DNA of 64,000 nucleotides, taken from contig CAWHOE010000006.1 of assembly GCA_963830915.1 (NCBI GenBank), positions 224,001 to 288,000 of the forward strand. Direction: 5' to 3'. The DNA is from a candidate division FCPU426 bacterium. GTDB lineage: Bacteria; Oederibacteriota; Muellerivitia; Muellerivitales; Muellerivitaceae. The position numbers and the translations under genes were made by a program. Below, piece after piece: positions 1-10,451 of the stretch (position 1 is the first letter of the stretch; each line of letters starts with the position of its first letter). The notes beneath the pieces are model-generated. The model had not been told where the DNA came from. It saw only the letters and a list, made by a program, of their open reading frames with translations, and did not search any database.

Positions 1-2712
1 ATAGGTCCCGGGCTTGGGGTTGTAAGGAATGGGCCAATTCCCAAGCAACCGCTTGCCGGCCATATCCTTTTTCAAGTAAAGCTTGACCCTTCCATCCACC
101 ATAGAGACTGGTTCTCCATCTCGGTAAACCTCCACCATGGCGTGCATATCAGAAAAGGAGGACTCATCGTGGGGATTGACCCTTACTTCAAAAGGAACCA
201 TTTCGTATCTCAAAAAATTTCTGGTCGGCATAACAGCGATCACATCAGGGATCATCTGTGAAACCGTCGGGATCAACATGGTGGTATTGGCGGAAGATGA
301 GGATAAAGTCGCTTTTGCCCAATAAGCTCCTCCTCCGAGCAAAAACACCACAATAAGTGCCCAACGAAACTTGTTGGAATTGAAAAGAACAGGCATAATC
401 CATTTTTTTGAAATGCGTGGGGCTGGGGCTTCCAGTTCGATCGGTAGGGAGGACCTAAGAATGGTTTCCGCAGTAACCGGCGGAGGAAGAGCCATAGGCA
501 ACACGGGTTCAACGAAAGATGTGTGTTTTTCCTCGGATATTTTCTCTGTTTTCTGAGTTTCCGCCAAAGGCAAGGGCAGGGTTGTTTCAGATTTTTCGAC
601 CTGTTTTTGTTTAACTTCCAACGGCTCAACCGGGGCCTTTTGTTTTATCTCATTTAATATTTCCGTTTTCAGGATTTCGGATTTTGGCAACGGTTGGTCT
701 AGCTCGATAGTTCCCTTTGACTTTTGTTCCTCTTCACTTGGCTCGATGCCCACAAAAAGACGGGGTCTTTCCCGTTCTTCCTCTTCCAAAACATCCATTG
801 CTATTTTAGTTTCGAAATATTCATCCAGAACCGATGAGGCTATTGGCTCAATGGGTTCCACTTCCCTCTGGGGTTGGATTGGGGGTTCGATTGGCTCCGT
901 TTTTCTGCGGGTAGGGAGCTTAAAACCTCGGATGATCTTGACCACCCCGAGCGAGCGATTTCCTGCCCACTTACCCGCGACAGCTGCTTTCCTTACTAAA
1001 AATCCCAGAGAAAACCCGATTCCTCGTGTCGCCGACGATCCAATCGTCTTGGATCCCATTACCGTCTTTTTGACCATTGGTCCCAACCGGTCTTTGGCCT
1101 GGAAGATCAGTTTTTTTCCGTTTTCCACTATCGTCCCCAACACACGGGAAGCCCCCTCCCGGAATGCCATCAACTTGGAGGAAATATTCAACGAAAGAGG
1201 AACGGGAGGCTTGGGAAGTCGGAAAGGCTCCGGTTTTTTCTCCCCAGTTCCTAACAAAAGGTCCTGAGGCATTGGCGCGGTTCGGGTGAGCTTCACCACA
1301 GTCTCCACATGGTAAGTCTGAGGGAACATATCCAAAGGCTGGGCCCAATCCACCATGTAGCCATGCTTGGTCAATAGGGAAAGATCCCGAGCCAACGTGG
1401 AAGGATCGCAGGAAACATAAACCAACCGCTCCGGATGGAACGCGGTTACCCGGGCCAAAACTTCAGGTAATACCCCTTTTCGGGGCGGGTCCAATATGAC
1501 TCCATCGACCCGAGTTAGTCCCTTTTCCTTCAACCCGATCAATACCTGGGAAACATCCCCTTCCAGAAAGTCGATATTCTCTTTATTGTTCAAACCTATA
1601 TTGACTTTAGCGTCCTCGACCGCTGCTCCCACTTCTTCGATACCCACGACATAATCGGCTTGATCGGAAACCGCCATGGCCAATGTTCCTATGCCGGAAT
1701 AAAGATCGAGCAGTGTCTCCCATTTTTTCTTACCCTCAGGTTCTCCTAAGGCTTCCCGAACCACCGCGTGAAGGATATCGGCTTGTAACGTGTTCACTTG
1801 GAGAAACGATTTCAGCGATACCTTGAGTTTCAAACCGTCCAGGATTTCGAAATAGTGATCTCGACCGGCTAAAAGGTGTGTGGTGGATCCGAAAACGATA
1901 TTCGTCCTGGAGGGGTTGATATTTTGAACGACCCCCACCAATCCAGGTATCTCCTGCATGAGTTCCTGGGCAAGCCGAGGAAGTATCTCGTTGAGAGGTT
2001 CGTGAGTTTGAGTGGGTTTCTGAACACGTTCCTCGGGCACCTCTGTGCGTGTCACAAAGGAAAGGATCAACTCACCCGTTTTAACTCCATGTCGCACGGC
2101 CAGATGTCTCAGGAATCCTGTGTGCTTTTTTTCTTGGTAGGGAGTCAACCCGGAACGGTCGATCTTTTGGAGGACTTTCTGGATCAAATCATTGATCGGG
2201 TCGCCCTGTATGGGACAGCTTTGATAGGGGATCAGATGGTGAGAGCGGGGTTCATATATACCGGAAATGAAGTGACCTTCCCTCATGGACAAAACCGGCA
2301 TAGCCTTGTTGCGGTAGCCATAGGGCACGGGAGAAGGCAAACAGGGCTGTACGGTCAAATCGGGCAAGTGGCCGATCCGTTGGAACGCGTCCAGCACGAA
2401 TTGGCGTTTGGTCTGGAGTTGACGGGGATATTGAATATGCTGCCATTGGCACCCGCCACATTCCTCGAAAATAGGACAGGGAGGCGCCACGCGATCCGCC
2501 GAACGTTTTAATAAATTGGTGATTTCGCCGATGGCGTAATGGTCCTTCACCTGGGTGATCTTGATGGTCACCCTTTCGCCGGGCAAACCCCCCGGAACAA
2601 AAATGGCGAAATCCTGATAACGTCCGACCGATTCCCCGCCGAAAGCCAGGGAAGAAATCTCGATCTCGATGACATCTCCGGTATGGACAGGTTTTATGAC
2701 TTTTGTGCTCAT
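1..2712 (-). CDS. rlmD: 23S rRNA (uracil1939-C5)-methyltransferase RlmD fused to a Pro/Glu-rich linker, TM helix and extracytoplasmic domain; 3' end lies outside the window
   Basis: Absent from the ORF track because the frame has no stop before base 1. Manual translation from ATG 2712: MSTKVIKPVHTGDVIEIEISSLAFGGESVGR (TRAM), CPIFEECGGCQWQH (Fe-S), SFLQVN, DLYSGIGT, DPPRKG, YVSCDPSTLARD, DMFPQTYHVETV. The frame continues about 430 codons further, including RWALIVVFLLGGGAYWA. Confidence 0.88.
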   Translation of the reverse strand, partial: MSTKVIKPVHTGDVIEIEISSLAFGGESVGRYQDFAIFVPGGLPGERVTIKITQVKDHYAIGEITNLLKRSADRVAPPCPIFEECGGCQWQHIQYPRQLQTKRQFVLDAFQRIGHLPDLTVQPCLPSPVPYGYRNKAMPVLSMREGHFISGIYEPRSHHLIPYQSCPIQGDPINDLIQKVLQKIDRSGLTPYQEKKHTGFLRHLAVRHGVKTGELILSFVTRTEVPEERVQKPTQTHEPLNEILPRLAQELMQEIPGLVGVVQNINPSRTNIVFGSTTHLLAGRDHYFEILDGLKLKVSLKSFLQVNTLQADILHAVVREALGEPEGKKKWETLLDLYSGIGTLAMAVSDQADYVVGIEEVGAAVEDAKVNIGLNNKENIDFLEGDVSQVLIGLKEKGLTRVDGVILDPPRKGVLPEVLARVTAFHPERLVYVSCDPSTLARDLSLLTKHGYMVDWAQPLDMFPQTYHVETVVKLTRTAPMPQDLLLGTGEKKPEPFRLPKPPVPLSLNISSKLMAFREGASRVLGTIVENGKKLIFQAKDRLGPMVKKTVMGSKTIGSSATRGIGFSLGFLVRKAAVAGKWAGNRSLGVVKIIRGFKLPTRRKTEPIEPPIQPQREVEPIEPIASSVLDEYFETKIAMDVLEEEERERPRLFVGIEPSEEEQKSKGTIELDQPLPKSEILKTEILNEIKQKAPVEPLEVKQKQVEKSETTLPLPLAETQKTEKISEEKHTSFVEPVLPMALPPPVTAETILRSSLPIELEAPAPRISKKWIMPVLFNSNKFRWALIVVFLLGGGAYWAKATLSSSSANTTMLIPTVSQMIPDVIAVMPTRNFLRYEMVPFEVRVNPHDESSFSDMHAMVEVYRDGEPVSMVDGRVKLYLKKDMAGKRLLGNWPIPYNPKPGTY

Positions 2713-2976
2713 TCAAACCTTTGAAGTGGGTTTTCCTGATTGGAAAGCCGACTTGGACTTTGAACTTTGAAACAACTATTAATTGATTATTGAACCGGTT
2801 GGTGAGGCGCGAAAATCTTCCGAGATTCAACGCTAGAATGAATCCGACTCTTTTCCGGAACATCCACCCGACTACCAAGCCCTTAACACATTGGACATTT
2901 TAACGATATTTTAAGGCGGGGCAACCAGCATTGACGTGTGTTATACTTTTGTTCTGCTCGATCGTCCCAATAAATC

Positions 2977-4458
2977 TTGTTCACAAGACCAATCGGGAGC
3001 GCTTTTATCAAGTACCTCCATTGCTTTCTCCTTATTCTAATCGTTTATCCCACAATAACCCTGGGTTCCGAGATCAGGGTCGACTCGACCGGAGGATTGA
3101 CCACCATCCTGACCGATGAAACGGCCAACTTGGACCTCTTTATGGACGGCAACCCCGCCGGACTCATCCTATTGGATACCCATGACCGATTGGATTTAGC
3201 CTGCCAATGGGATTATTCCAACGCCCAACCAGTCACCACAGGTTCGACCCAGAAGACCTTCAGTACCTTGCCCCGCGTATCCGACAACGATAATATTCAT
3301 TATGAGGGTTGGATCGCATTTCCCAAACCCCATTGGGCGTTCCAAATCGCTGAAGATTTTAATTATTCCCAGGGACAACCCTACCGGTTCTCCGATAGTT
3401 CCACTTCCCAACAATACCGAAGCCTTCTCCGTACCGCTTATGATCTTGGTCCCTTCTGCGTGGGATTGGATATCACGAATATCGAACAGGACGCTACCTA
3501 CGACCCTGGTTTATTTGACAACAACGTGGGCATTCGGTCCGGCAACAGCGGTCAAAATCAAACACTCCTCAAGATGGGAGTCATCGCCACTTTTCCCGAG
3601 AATCCTCCCGCCGATGCCCCGCGTTGGCGGATCGGGGGCGTTTGGGCCAGCCAGGTGGGCGGCAACGCCCAGAACCTGAATGCCCAGCTATATTATCTTG
3701 GTTCCAATCCTTTTTCCGTGGGACAGGTCACGACCTATACGAACGATCAGATCTTTGGGTCGGAGATCCTCTATGAAATACCCCACCGCTTGATGGTGCG
3801 GATCACCTGCATGGTGAACGACACAAGCGCCGATTTCGCCCAAACCGTTTCTCAGTCCTCTGTTTCCTTCGTCCAGATGGGCGCCTTCCCCTATACCAAC
3901 GATCGATCCGTAAGCTTGACCGGAGCCTTTCGATCCACCTTTCCCCTTTCCGGTCAGGAAAACTTAAAACTGGGTGGCAGCCTTTCGGGCTATTTCTATA
4001 GCGAGGATTTATTGAACGAAAATCAGTCCGTTTATGACAACCAAAATAAACAGTGGATCGGTTCCTCGTTTGGGGTCGGGCTAGAAGCCATACACGATTA
4101 CGCCTTCGGACTTCAATTCAAATCTCAAACCTATTTAGTGGACAAATCGGCCGCCACACAGACCACTACCCCCACCCTTAACGATTACAACTATTACCAA
4201 TTGGCTTTAGGTGGGGAAAAATGGCTCTCCGACACCTTCGCCTATCGGATGGGTTTAACCGCTGAGGAGGATGTATTCCGTAGTGGTCCGACAGCCCAAT
4301 CCTTGAACACCAGCATCGATACAGGGTTAGGGATCGAGGAAGTCAAATGGGCCGCGGATTTTAAATTCATGGCCGGACAGATCATTGACGTGAACAACTC
4401 TACCAACACGACCGGATATATCGGGGCGGAACTTTCAGGTACGGTTTTCTTACAGTAA
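2977..4458 (+). CDS. Probable outer-membrane beta-barrel protein (FadL/PorV-like superfamily possible)
   Basis: Signal peptide, N-terminal GNPAGL motif, alternating amphipathic strands, C-terminal ...GAELSGTVFLQ. Confidence 0.5.
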   Translation: MFTRPIGSAFIKYLHCFLLILIVYPTITLGSEIRVDSTGGLTTILTDETANLDLFMDGNPAGLILLDTHDRLDLACQWDYSNAQPVTTGSTQKTFSTLPRVSDNDNIHYEGWIAFPKPHWAFQIAEDFNYSQGQPYRFSDSSTSQQYRSLLRTAYDLGPFCVGLDITNIEQDATYDPGLFDNNVGIRSGNSGQNQTLLKMGVIATFPENPPADAPRWRIGGVWASQVGGNAQNLNAQLYYLGSNPFSVGQVTTYTNDQIFGSEILYEIPHRLMVRITCMVNDTSADFAQTVSQSSVSFVQMGAFPYTNDRSVSLTGAFRSTFPLSGQENLKLGGSLSGYFYSEDLLNENQSVYDNQNKQWIGSSFGVGLEAIHDYAFGLQFKSQTYLVDKSAATQTTTPTLNDYNYYQLALGGEKWLSDTFAYRMGLTAEEDVFRSGPTAQSLNTSIDTGLGIEEVKWAADFKFMAGQIIDVNNSTNTTGYIGAELSGTVFLQ

Positions 4459-4542
4459 AACAGGCCCCGCTAAAAACAGACTTATCCCAAGAATGGAATA
4501 AATCTTTCATTTATCTTTCAGAGGACAAAACCAGCGCGGGGA

Positions 4543-5193
4543 CTATTTTTTCTTGGCGGGAAGCGGGGCCAGATCGCCTTCGAGTCTTAGATAATCCATG
4601 AAAATCACCGGAGGCGTGGTTAAGCCTGCCGTATCCACCCAAAAGCTGAAGGAACGGATGGAAGTCAGGTCCAGACGGTTCTTGATCAGTTCATCGAAGG
4701 GCACATCGATATTGGTAACCTTCTTGGGGATCAATACCCCCGTGGCCTGATCATCCACAAAAGCCCTGCCGTCGGCGACTTGAATATGCCAAGTCAAGGG
4801 CTGATCCTGCGGGTTGAAAACGTCCACCATCAAGTTGCTGTATTCGGACCAATCATAGACATTCAATGGAGTCGGGGAGTTGGTATCCAGGGTAAGGGTG
4901 GGACGCCAGTTGTTCCCCGGTGTCGGCGTGGGGAAAAATTGGTTCTCCAAAAGGAATGTGGCTTTCATGGCTTTCTTCCCATGGGTCTGGTTGTCCGTGG
5001 TGCTTTCCACCTTGACGTATCCGCCCGTTCCCCAATCCAAGTCATAATTGGGGTGCTCAAAATCGTTGATGACCATCACTTTTTTTGTTTCTTTTTTATG
5101 CTTGAAACTGCGGGTGATGCCCAGACCCACCATCACGGCGTAAATCAAACCGATCACGACGAGGATACCGATGATCTGCCAGAATCGTTGCAT
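4543..5193 (-). CDS. Membrane-anchored protein with a carbohydrate-binding-module-like beta-sandwich
   Basis: N-terminal TM helix; INDFE...DWSEYSNLMVDVFNP...LDLTSI...IFMDYLRL pattern typical of galactose-binding-like CBMs; directly downstream of the LacI gene. Confidence 0.55.
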   Translation of the reverse strand: MQRFWQIIGILVVIGLIYAVMVGLGITRSFKHKKETKKVMVINDFEHPNYDLDWGTGGYVKVESTTDNQTHGKKAMKATFLLENQFFPTPTPGNNWRPTLTLDTNSPTPLNVYDWSEYSNLMVDVFNPQDQPLTWHIQVADGRAFVDDQATGVLIPKKVTNIDVPFDELIKNRLDLTSIRSFSFWVDTAGLTTPPVIFMDYLRLEGDLAPLPAKKK

Positions 5194-5361
5194 GTAGTTT
5201 CCTATATAGAGGGTTTAACCCAAATGGCAAAGTGAAGGCATTGTATCAGCCCTGCGACAGTCCCGCAACTTCCTGCTATCTCCAACCTCATGTGTCCAAT
5301 CGCTTTGACAAAAGGCACGGCTTCACCGTGAAATCACGCCTTTTTATTCCTTTTCGCTTGG

Positions 5362-6393
5362 TTATATCTTGGAACCGGAAGATTGCCTAACGACGAGTTT
5401 GGTTGGCACCAACAATTGACGAGGTTTCCAATGCTCAGGCGCTTGGATCTTGCTTAAAAGTAGATTCGTGGCTTCCACACTGATGGTCTGATAGTCCTGT
5501 CGAATGGTCGTAATGGAATGGGGATGAGTGGAAACTTCTGGGATATCGTCGAAACCGACCAAGGCGATTTCTTTTCCAGGAGTGAGCTTGGCTTTTTCCA
5601 TGGCCTTCACCGCTCCCAGGGCCATTAAATCGTTGGAGGCGAAAACCGCTGTGGGTGGGTCCTTGAGTCCTAATAACTGGGTCATTCCTTTTTCTCCGGA
5701 TTCCATAAGGAAATCCCCTTCCACGATATAACCATCTGGGATATGGAATCCCTGCTTTTTCATGGCCAATTGATAGCCGGTCAAACGGTCCGAAGCGTTG
5801 CGCGAAGTTTTTTGCTGACCCGTGATGATGGCGATCTTCTTATGGCCGAGTGAAGCGAAATGCTCCACGACCAAGGATGCGGCATGGATATTATCGCTGT
5901 CGACGAAGTCAATGCGAGGGTCGTTCGTGCGGTAGCCTATCAAGACGACCGGTACCCGGTTATCCATCATCTCCGCCACTTCCTTCTCGGCAAGATAAGG
6001 GGATACCATCAGGATGCCATCCACAGCGTTATGAAAGACCCTGCGGTAGACTTCCTGGGGATCGAACACGCCGGCGATGGTGTTGATCAAAAGTCCGTAT
6101 TGGTTCTCGTGGACCACGTCATTGATACCGTTCAGTAGACCGACATACCAGGCGCTCGCAAGGTTGAACTGATAACCCGACCAGGAAAAAAAGACCTCAA
6201 TGACATTGGTCTGCTTGACGACCAAACCCCGGGCGATGGGATTCGGCTTGAAGTTCAGTTCGGCGATAGCCTTCAAGACCTTTTGCCGGGTCTCTTCCAA
6301 AACATTGGGATTGTTGTTCAGCACTCTTGAGACCGTGGAAATGGATACCCCGGCTTTTTGCGCAACATCATAAATAGTATTGACCGTCGCCAT
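5362..6393 (-). CDS. LacI family transcriptional regulator
   Basis: TIYDVAQKAGVSISTVSRVLN HTH, PNPIARGL hinge, PTAVFASNDLMALG, VGFDD, LVVRQSS. Confidence 0.97.
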   Translation of the reverse strand: MATVNTIYDVAQKAGVSISTVSRVLNNNPNVLEETRQKVLKAIAELNFKPNPIARGLVVKQTNVIEVFFSWSGYQFNLASAWYVGLLNGINDVVHENQYGLLINTIAGVFDPQEVYRRVFHNAVDGILMVSPYLAEKEVAEMMDNRVPVVLIGYRTNDPRIDFVDSDNIHAASLVVEHFASLGHKKIAIITGQQKTSRNASDRLTGYQLAMKKQGFHIPDGYIVEGDFLMESGEKGMTQLLGLKDPPTAVFASNDLMALGAVKAMEKAKLTPGKEIALVGFDDIPEVSTHPHSITTIRQDYQTISVEATNLLLSKIQAPEHWKPRQLLVPTKLVVRQSSGSKI

Positions 6394-6535
6394 GGTTTTT
6401 TCCTGTTCAACTGAAAGTGAAAATACTCTCAGTGTTTGGTTTTAAAAGGACATCTTGTAATTTTGCACGCTTTCATACGCTTTCATCCCAACCCGCAAAT
6501 CTGGCCTTAAGTATTGCCTGAATTAAAAGCGGGGT

Positions 6536-6549
6536 ACAAAGCGCTTTCA
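6536..6549. promoter_or_regulatory. LacI-type operator (probable autoregulation)
   Basis: ACAAAGCGCTTTCA with perfect core palindrome AAAGCGCTTT about 145 bp upstream of the lacI start; two further half-sites ACGCTTTCAT in tandem at 6467-6486. Confidence 0.65.
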
Positions 6550-6845
6550 CAAAGACTGAATAGACCTCAAAACTCCAACTCAACTTTGTCTTTTGTTTCC
6601 TCTGGGAAGAGAGAATAAAAGCGTCTTCGGTTGAGATTATACTCCCAGTTCCCTTGTATACAGGTAGTCCTTTTTCATTTTCAGGTTCGATCCTGAAAAA
6701 TTTTTTCCCTCCATTTAAAACCCTTAATTTAACGAGCCCCCAAAACACTCGGTCAACTTCCCTCTTCAGCAATGACTGTCTCCGTCATGGACGGGAGGGT
6801 CGCCCTGTTGTTAGAATCCACCGAATCCATGGGTAAAGGAAAAAC

Positions 6846-7664
6846 ATGAGCGTCTTCTTAAAGGCCGCCATCCAAGCCGCCAAAATAGCCGGGAAGATCC
6901 AAAAACAATTCTATGGGCGGACCATCGACATTCAATTCAAATCCAAGAACCACCTTAACCTGGTAACCGAAGTGGACAAGGCCTGTGAGAAACAAGTCAT
7001 GTCCTTCCTTCAGAAACGTTTCCCGGCCCATAACTTCTGGGGAGAAGAAGGAGGGCAACAAAAAAACAACTCCCATTACACCTGGTTGGTCGATCCCCTG
7101 GATGGCACCACCAACTACGCCCATGCTTATCCTTTCTTTTGTTGTTCCGTGGCTTTGGTCAGGAATATGAAACCATTGGTAGGGGTTGTTTATGACCCCA
7201 TGCGGGATGAGTGCTTCGCTGCTGAAAAGGGCCACGGCGCGACCTTGAACGGAAAGAAGCTAAGGGTTTCCCAAACCGATCGGTTGGCGGACAGCCTGCT
7301 CTGCACTGGGTTCGCTTATGCCGTCCGCGAGACCCATTACAATCTGGATAACTTCAAACAGTTCATCCTGAGATCCCAAGGGGTTCGGCGGGATGGTTCA
7401 GCGGCTCTTAACCTGTGTTATTTGGCGGCGGGAAGGTTTGAGGGTTTTTGGGAAAGGGGTATTCAGGCCTGGGATATGGCCGCCGGAGTCTTGATGATCC
7501 AGGAAGCCGGAGGCAAGGTAACGGATATCACAGGAAAACCTTTTGACCTGTTGGCCCAAAACGCGTTAGCCAGTAACGGGAAAGTACACCCCCTGATGTT
7601 TAATATCCTGAAGAACGGAAAAGATGAGAAACGGTGGGCCTCTAAGTTCGCGAAATTGTTCTAG
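6846..7664 (+). CDS. suhB: Inositol monophosphatase family protein (SuhB-like)
   Basis: LVTEVD, GEE, WLVDPLDGTTNYAH, RRDGSAALNLCYLAAGR, AWDMAAG motifs. Confidence 0.93.
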   Translation: MSVFLKAAIQAAKIAGKIQKQFYGRTIDIQFKSKNHLNLVTEVDKACEKQVMSFLQKRFPAHNFWGEEGGQQKNNSHYTWLVDPLDGTTNYAHAYPFFCCSVALVRNMKPLVGVVYDPMRDECFAAEKGHGATLNGKKLRVSQTDRLADSLLCTGFAYAVRETHYNLDNFKQFILRSQGVRRDGSAALNLCYLAAGRFEGFWERGIQAWDMAAGVLMIQEAGGKVTDITGKPFDLLAQNALASNGKVHPLMFNILKNGKDEKRWASKFAKLF

Positions 7665-7707
7665 AACTTTCCGGCTCTGATCGTGACCCTGTCAATCCGT
7701 GACCAAG

Positions 7708-8478
7708 TCAGCCTAGTAAAACAGAAGCTCCCATGCCGACCCCCAACTTCTGGGCGGCGTTCCCTCCATTGATGGAAATTTCCAAATGGCCGGCAGAACC
7801 TAAAAGAGCCACAACGGTCCCTCTTTTGACCTCGGCATAATGGGTCGCCAGGTTGAGGACCACGGTCTTGCCGATCCTCAGTCGGAAAGTTTCGGGTATG
7901 TGTTTTTTTTCAAGATTGGTGATCAAGTTTCCGAAACGGTCTACCCACAGGACCTCACCAATCCATCGGTTGGATGGCTTGAATGGTTTGGGTATCTCCC
8001 GCCAAACCCAATGGTTCATCTTCTTACCCACCTTAGCGAGAGGTGTTCCTTTTGCCAAATGGCCGGCGACCGGGGCGAAGATATCCCGCCCATGGAACGT
8101 TGAACTAAGATCGACGAGTTGGTATTTCCTTTCCGTAAGTTCCACCGCCCGATCGATTCCCCATTCCTTCAAAGCCGCGGAGAATAACCCGTTGTCCGGC
8201 CCGACGAAATAATGGCCCTTGGATTGGATCGCGATGGGTTTTCGGGTGCTTCCCACCCCCGGATCCACCACAGCCAGATGGACCGTACCTTTGGGGAAAT
8301 AATCAATGGAGCTTTTCAGCAGGAACGCTCCGGCCATGACAGCTTGGGGAGGAACTTCGTGGGTCAGGTCGACCAGTTGGGCCTCGGGACAAATAGAAAG
8401 AAGGACCCCTTTCATGATTCCCACAAAGGGGTCTCGGGAACCAAAATCAGTCAACAAGGTAACGATGGGACGATTCAT
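7708..8478 (-). CDS. SAM hydrolase / SAM-dependent halogenase family protein (DUF62)
   Basis: TLLTDFG, VVDPGVGS, GPDNG, STFHGRDIFAP, DRFGNLITN motifs. Confidence 0.93.
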   Translation of the reverse strand: MNRPIVTLLTDFGSRDPFVGIMKGVLLSICPEAQLVDLTHEVPPQAVMAGAFLLKSSIDYFPKGTVHLAVVDPGVGSTRKPIAIQSKGHYFVGPDNGLFSAALKEWGIDRAVELTERKYQLVDLSSTFHGRDIFAPVAGHLAKGTPLAKVGKKMNHWVWREIPKPFKPSNRWIGEVLWVDRFGNLITNLEKKHIPETFRLRIGKTVVLNLATHYAEVKRGTVVALLGSAGHLEISINGGNAAQKLGVGMGASVLLG

Positions 8479-8554
8479 AGATTGGGAACCTCATACGCAT
8501 TTAAAGATGATCTGTTGCGGATCCGGGGATCGATCGGGTAACTGAATTAAAGTC

Positions 8555-9013
8555 TTATTTCTTGCTGTCCCGCATGCGGATCTTTTCAGCCCATAGGTAT
8601 TTATCCAATCTCATCACATCCTGCCGATTGACCGCCAATATCTTGATACCGGCTCGGAAGGTCGACCCCATGGCTCCCGCGGCTTCCTGTTCCATCCTGA
8701 CCACCTCCGCCAGAAGGGTCAAGGGCACCGGGTAGGTTGGGAGATAGAGGTGGATCTGGAGGGCGGCATCGGCCGGAAATTCTTCCTGTCCGACCAACGC
8801 CATCCCTCCCATGGAAAGATCCCTGGTAACGGCATGAAGAACAGCTGATTTCTTGGAAAGATCGGGGAGACGGTCAGCCGTGGAATCCCGATAGGCGGGA
8901 TCGTTCAAGATAGCGACCAATTCCTCTTTGGGCACAACAATGAAAGTAACTTTGACGGAGGCGTCCACACGCTCGGACTGGCGTTTTTCCATCCAACCCG
9001 TTCGTAGCGTCAT
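8555..9013 (-). CDS. PilZ domain protein (c-di-GMP receptor)
   Basis: RQSER (RxxxR) and DLSMGG (DxSxxG) motifs. Confidence 0.85.
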   Translation of the reverse strand: MTLRTGWMEKRQSERVDASVKVTFIVVPKEELVAILNDPAYRDSTADRLPDLSKKSAVLHAVTRDLSMGGMALVGQEEFPADAALQIHLYLPTYPVPLTLLAEVVRMEQEAAGAMGSTFRAGIKILAVNRQDVMRLDKYLWAEKIRMRDSKK

Positions 9014-9028
9014 GCGAAACTCCCCGTT

Positions 9029-9238
9029 CTACGGCTTCCAGTTGATGCAGGAGGCCGGACAACCATCCATGGCCTCTTGGATCTTTTCTTCCGAGTCTCC
9101 TTGAGGGTTGTGGACCTCCGCCAATCCGTCGGAGGTCATCCGAAAGACATCCGGGGTCATCGCCACGCAGGATTCGCAGCCGGTACAATCTTTCTGATTC
9201 ACAAAAACGATCCGGGCAGTTTTGTTGTTTGGGCTCAT
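9029..9238 (-). CDS. Single-cluster ferredoxin
   Basis: CTGCESC...CP motif; likely start is ATG 9238 (MSPNNK), because the upstream extension overlaps the neighbouring gene. Confidence 0.9.
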   Translation of the reverse strand: MSPNNKTARIVFVNQKDCTGCESCVAMTPDVFRMTSDGLAEVHNPQGDSEEKIQEAMDGCPASCINWKP

Positions 9239-9254
9239 AAGTACTTTCTCATTT

Positions 9255-10238
9255 TTAGATTTGAACTCGGAAACTGGTGCTGACCGCCAGATCGGTCCCG
9301 TTGGTTTCCCCGACGACCGCCCAGTGAAGTCCCTGTCCGAAATCGATCCCAAAGACGGCTTTGGGTTCCAAGATAGTGGGTACCCCTGCGGTATTTACAT
9401 TCACGGTAACATTCGTGGGTGTTCCGATCACCGTGTTACTGGAATCGGTCACCGTCTCCAGGACCGTTCCGGTCACTTTGGACGTGATGGTACCTGAATT
9501 CCTCTGAAAACCTATCCCGGCGAATGGATAAGCTACCCCAAAGTCCTTGCCCACCAGTATCTTCGCCCCAAAACTTTTCACGTTCCAATTAAGGGCGTAA
9601 TTGGTACTGCCCGCCAGGGTATCGTTGTAGGTGCTGCCGCCATCCAAATAACTGGCGCTTTGAGTCACGTTCGTGTTCAATCCAAAGCTACCGCTAATTG
9701 TATCCCAACTGACACCCACTGTCACGGTAGGCAGGTTCGGCGCTTCAATGATGCGGTATCTTAAGTCTAAACCCATTCCGTTATATTGACCTGAGAACCC
9801 CGCTTCCGGAACATTGACCGTGGGAAGATATGTGAACCTCAATCCAAAATCCAAACCGTTAACGAGCCCAACCCTTCCCGTCACTACGGGAAAAGGCGCG
9901 GGGATCTGCGATGGAATATTCACGTTCGAGGAAGCGACCAATGCCTGCAAGGGAACATTACCCAAACCGCTTATGTTGATGAAGTCCGCCCCCACCCCGA
10001 TACCCACTTCCACTTTTGTCCCACCCAAGATGTCGAATACAGTGGGCGGAGTATTCCATCCCAATGTAGAGAATAGACCCATGCTTTTTGTGAATTGGCC
10101 ATTCACATAATTGGACAAAACTTGATAGTCCGAGGTCATATTACTGATGAAATCGGTGTTAGCGTCCGCAAGCGCCATTCGGGGAGAAACCGACAAAAGG
10201 AAAAACGCGAAGGTGATTGGAAGTGTTTTTCGGATCAA
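9255..10238 (-). CDS. Probable outer-membrane beta-barrel protein of unknown function
   Basis: Signal peptide (MALA/D), Gly/aromatic amphipathic strands, C-terminal ...SFRVQI. Confidence 0.55.
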   Translation of the reverse strand: MIRKTLPITFAFFLLSVSPRMALADANTDFISNMTSDYQVLSNYVNGQFTKSMGLFSTLGWNTPPTVFDILGGTKVEVGIGVGADFINISGLGNVPLQALVASSNVNIPSQIPAPFPVVTGRVGLVNGLDFGLRFTYLPTVNVPEAGFSGQYNGMGLDLRYRIIEAPNLPTVTVGVSWDTISGSFGLNTNVTQSASYLDGGSTYNDTLAGSTNYALNWNVKSFGAKILVGKDFGVAYPFAGIGFQRNSGTITSKVTGTVLETVTDSSNTVIGTPTNVTVNVNTAGVPTILEPKAVFGIDFGQGLHWAVVGETNGTDLAVSTSFRVQI

Positions 10239-10451
10239 TGTTTAACCTTTCACCAGCCCGACCCTGTTTCAGCCCATATAAAAACTGAGCTAGTTTAATT
10301 CAGATCCTAATGATCGGATCCAGATGCGGTCTGGAGGGCTATATTAAGAAGATAAAACAACTCTCTTTAGTAATTTAAGGGATGAAATATAAAATTGAAA
10401 GGATTTAAATAACCGCCTGCTTTCTTCGAATTTCACCTTTTTGGAGCTCTC

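Noticed and set aside
746..2878. ORFs 746-1267(+), 971-1348(-), 1876-2511(+), 2252-2878(-)
   Set aside because: Shadow frames of the rlmD fusion ORF, which carries all the expected motifs.
6678..6699. GGTTCGATCC resembling a tRNA T-arm
   Set aside because: Only a simple TTTTCAGG/CCTGAAAA hairpin; no acceptor, D or anticodon stems.
7708..8478. Fluorinase/chlorinase biosynthetic gene
   Set aside because: The FHGRD motif and housekeeping context fit the widespread SAM hydrolase (DUF62) branch; no secondary-metabolite genes nearby.
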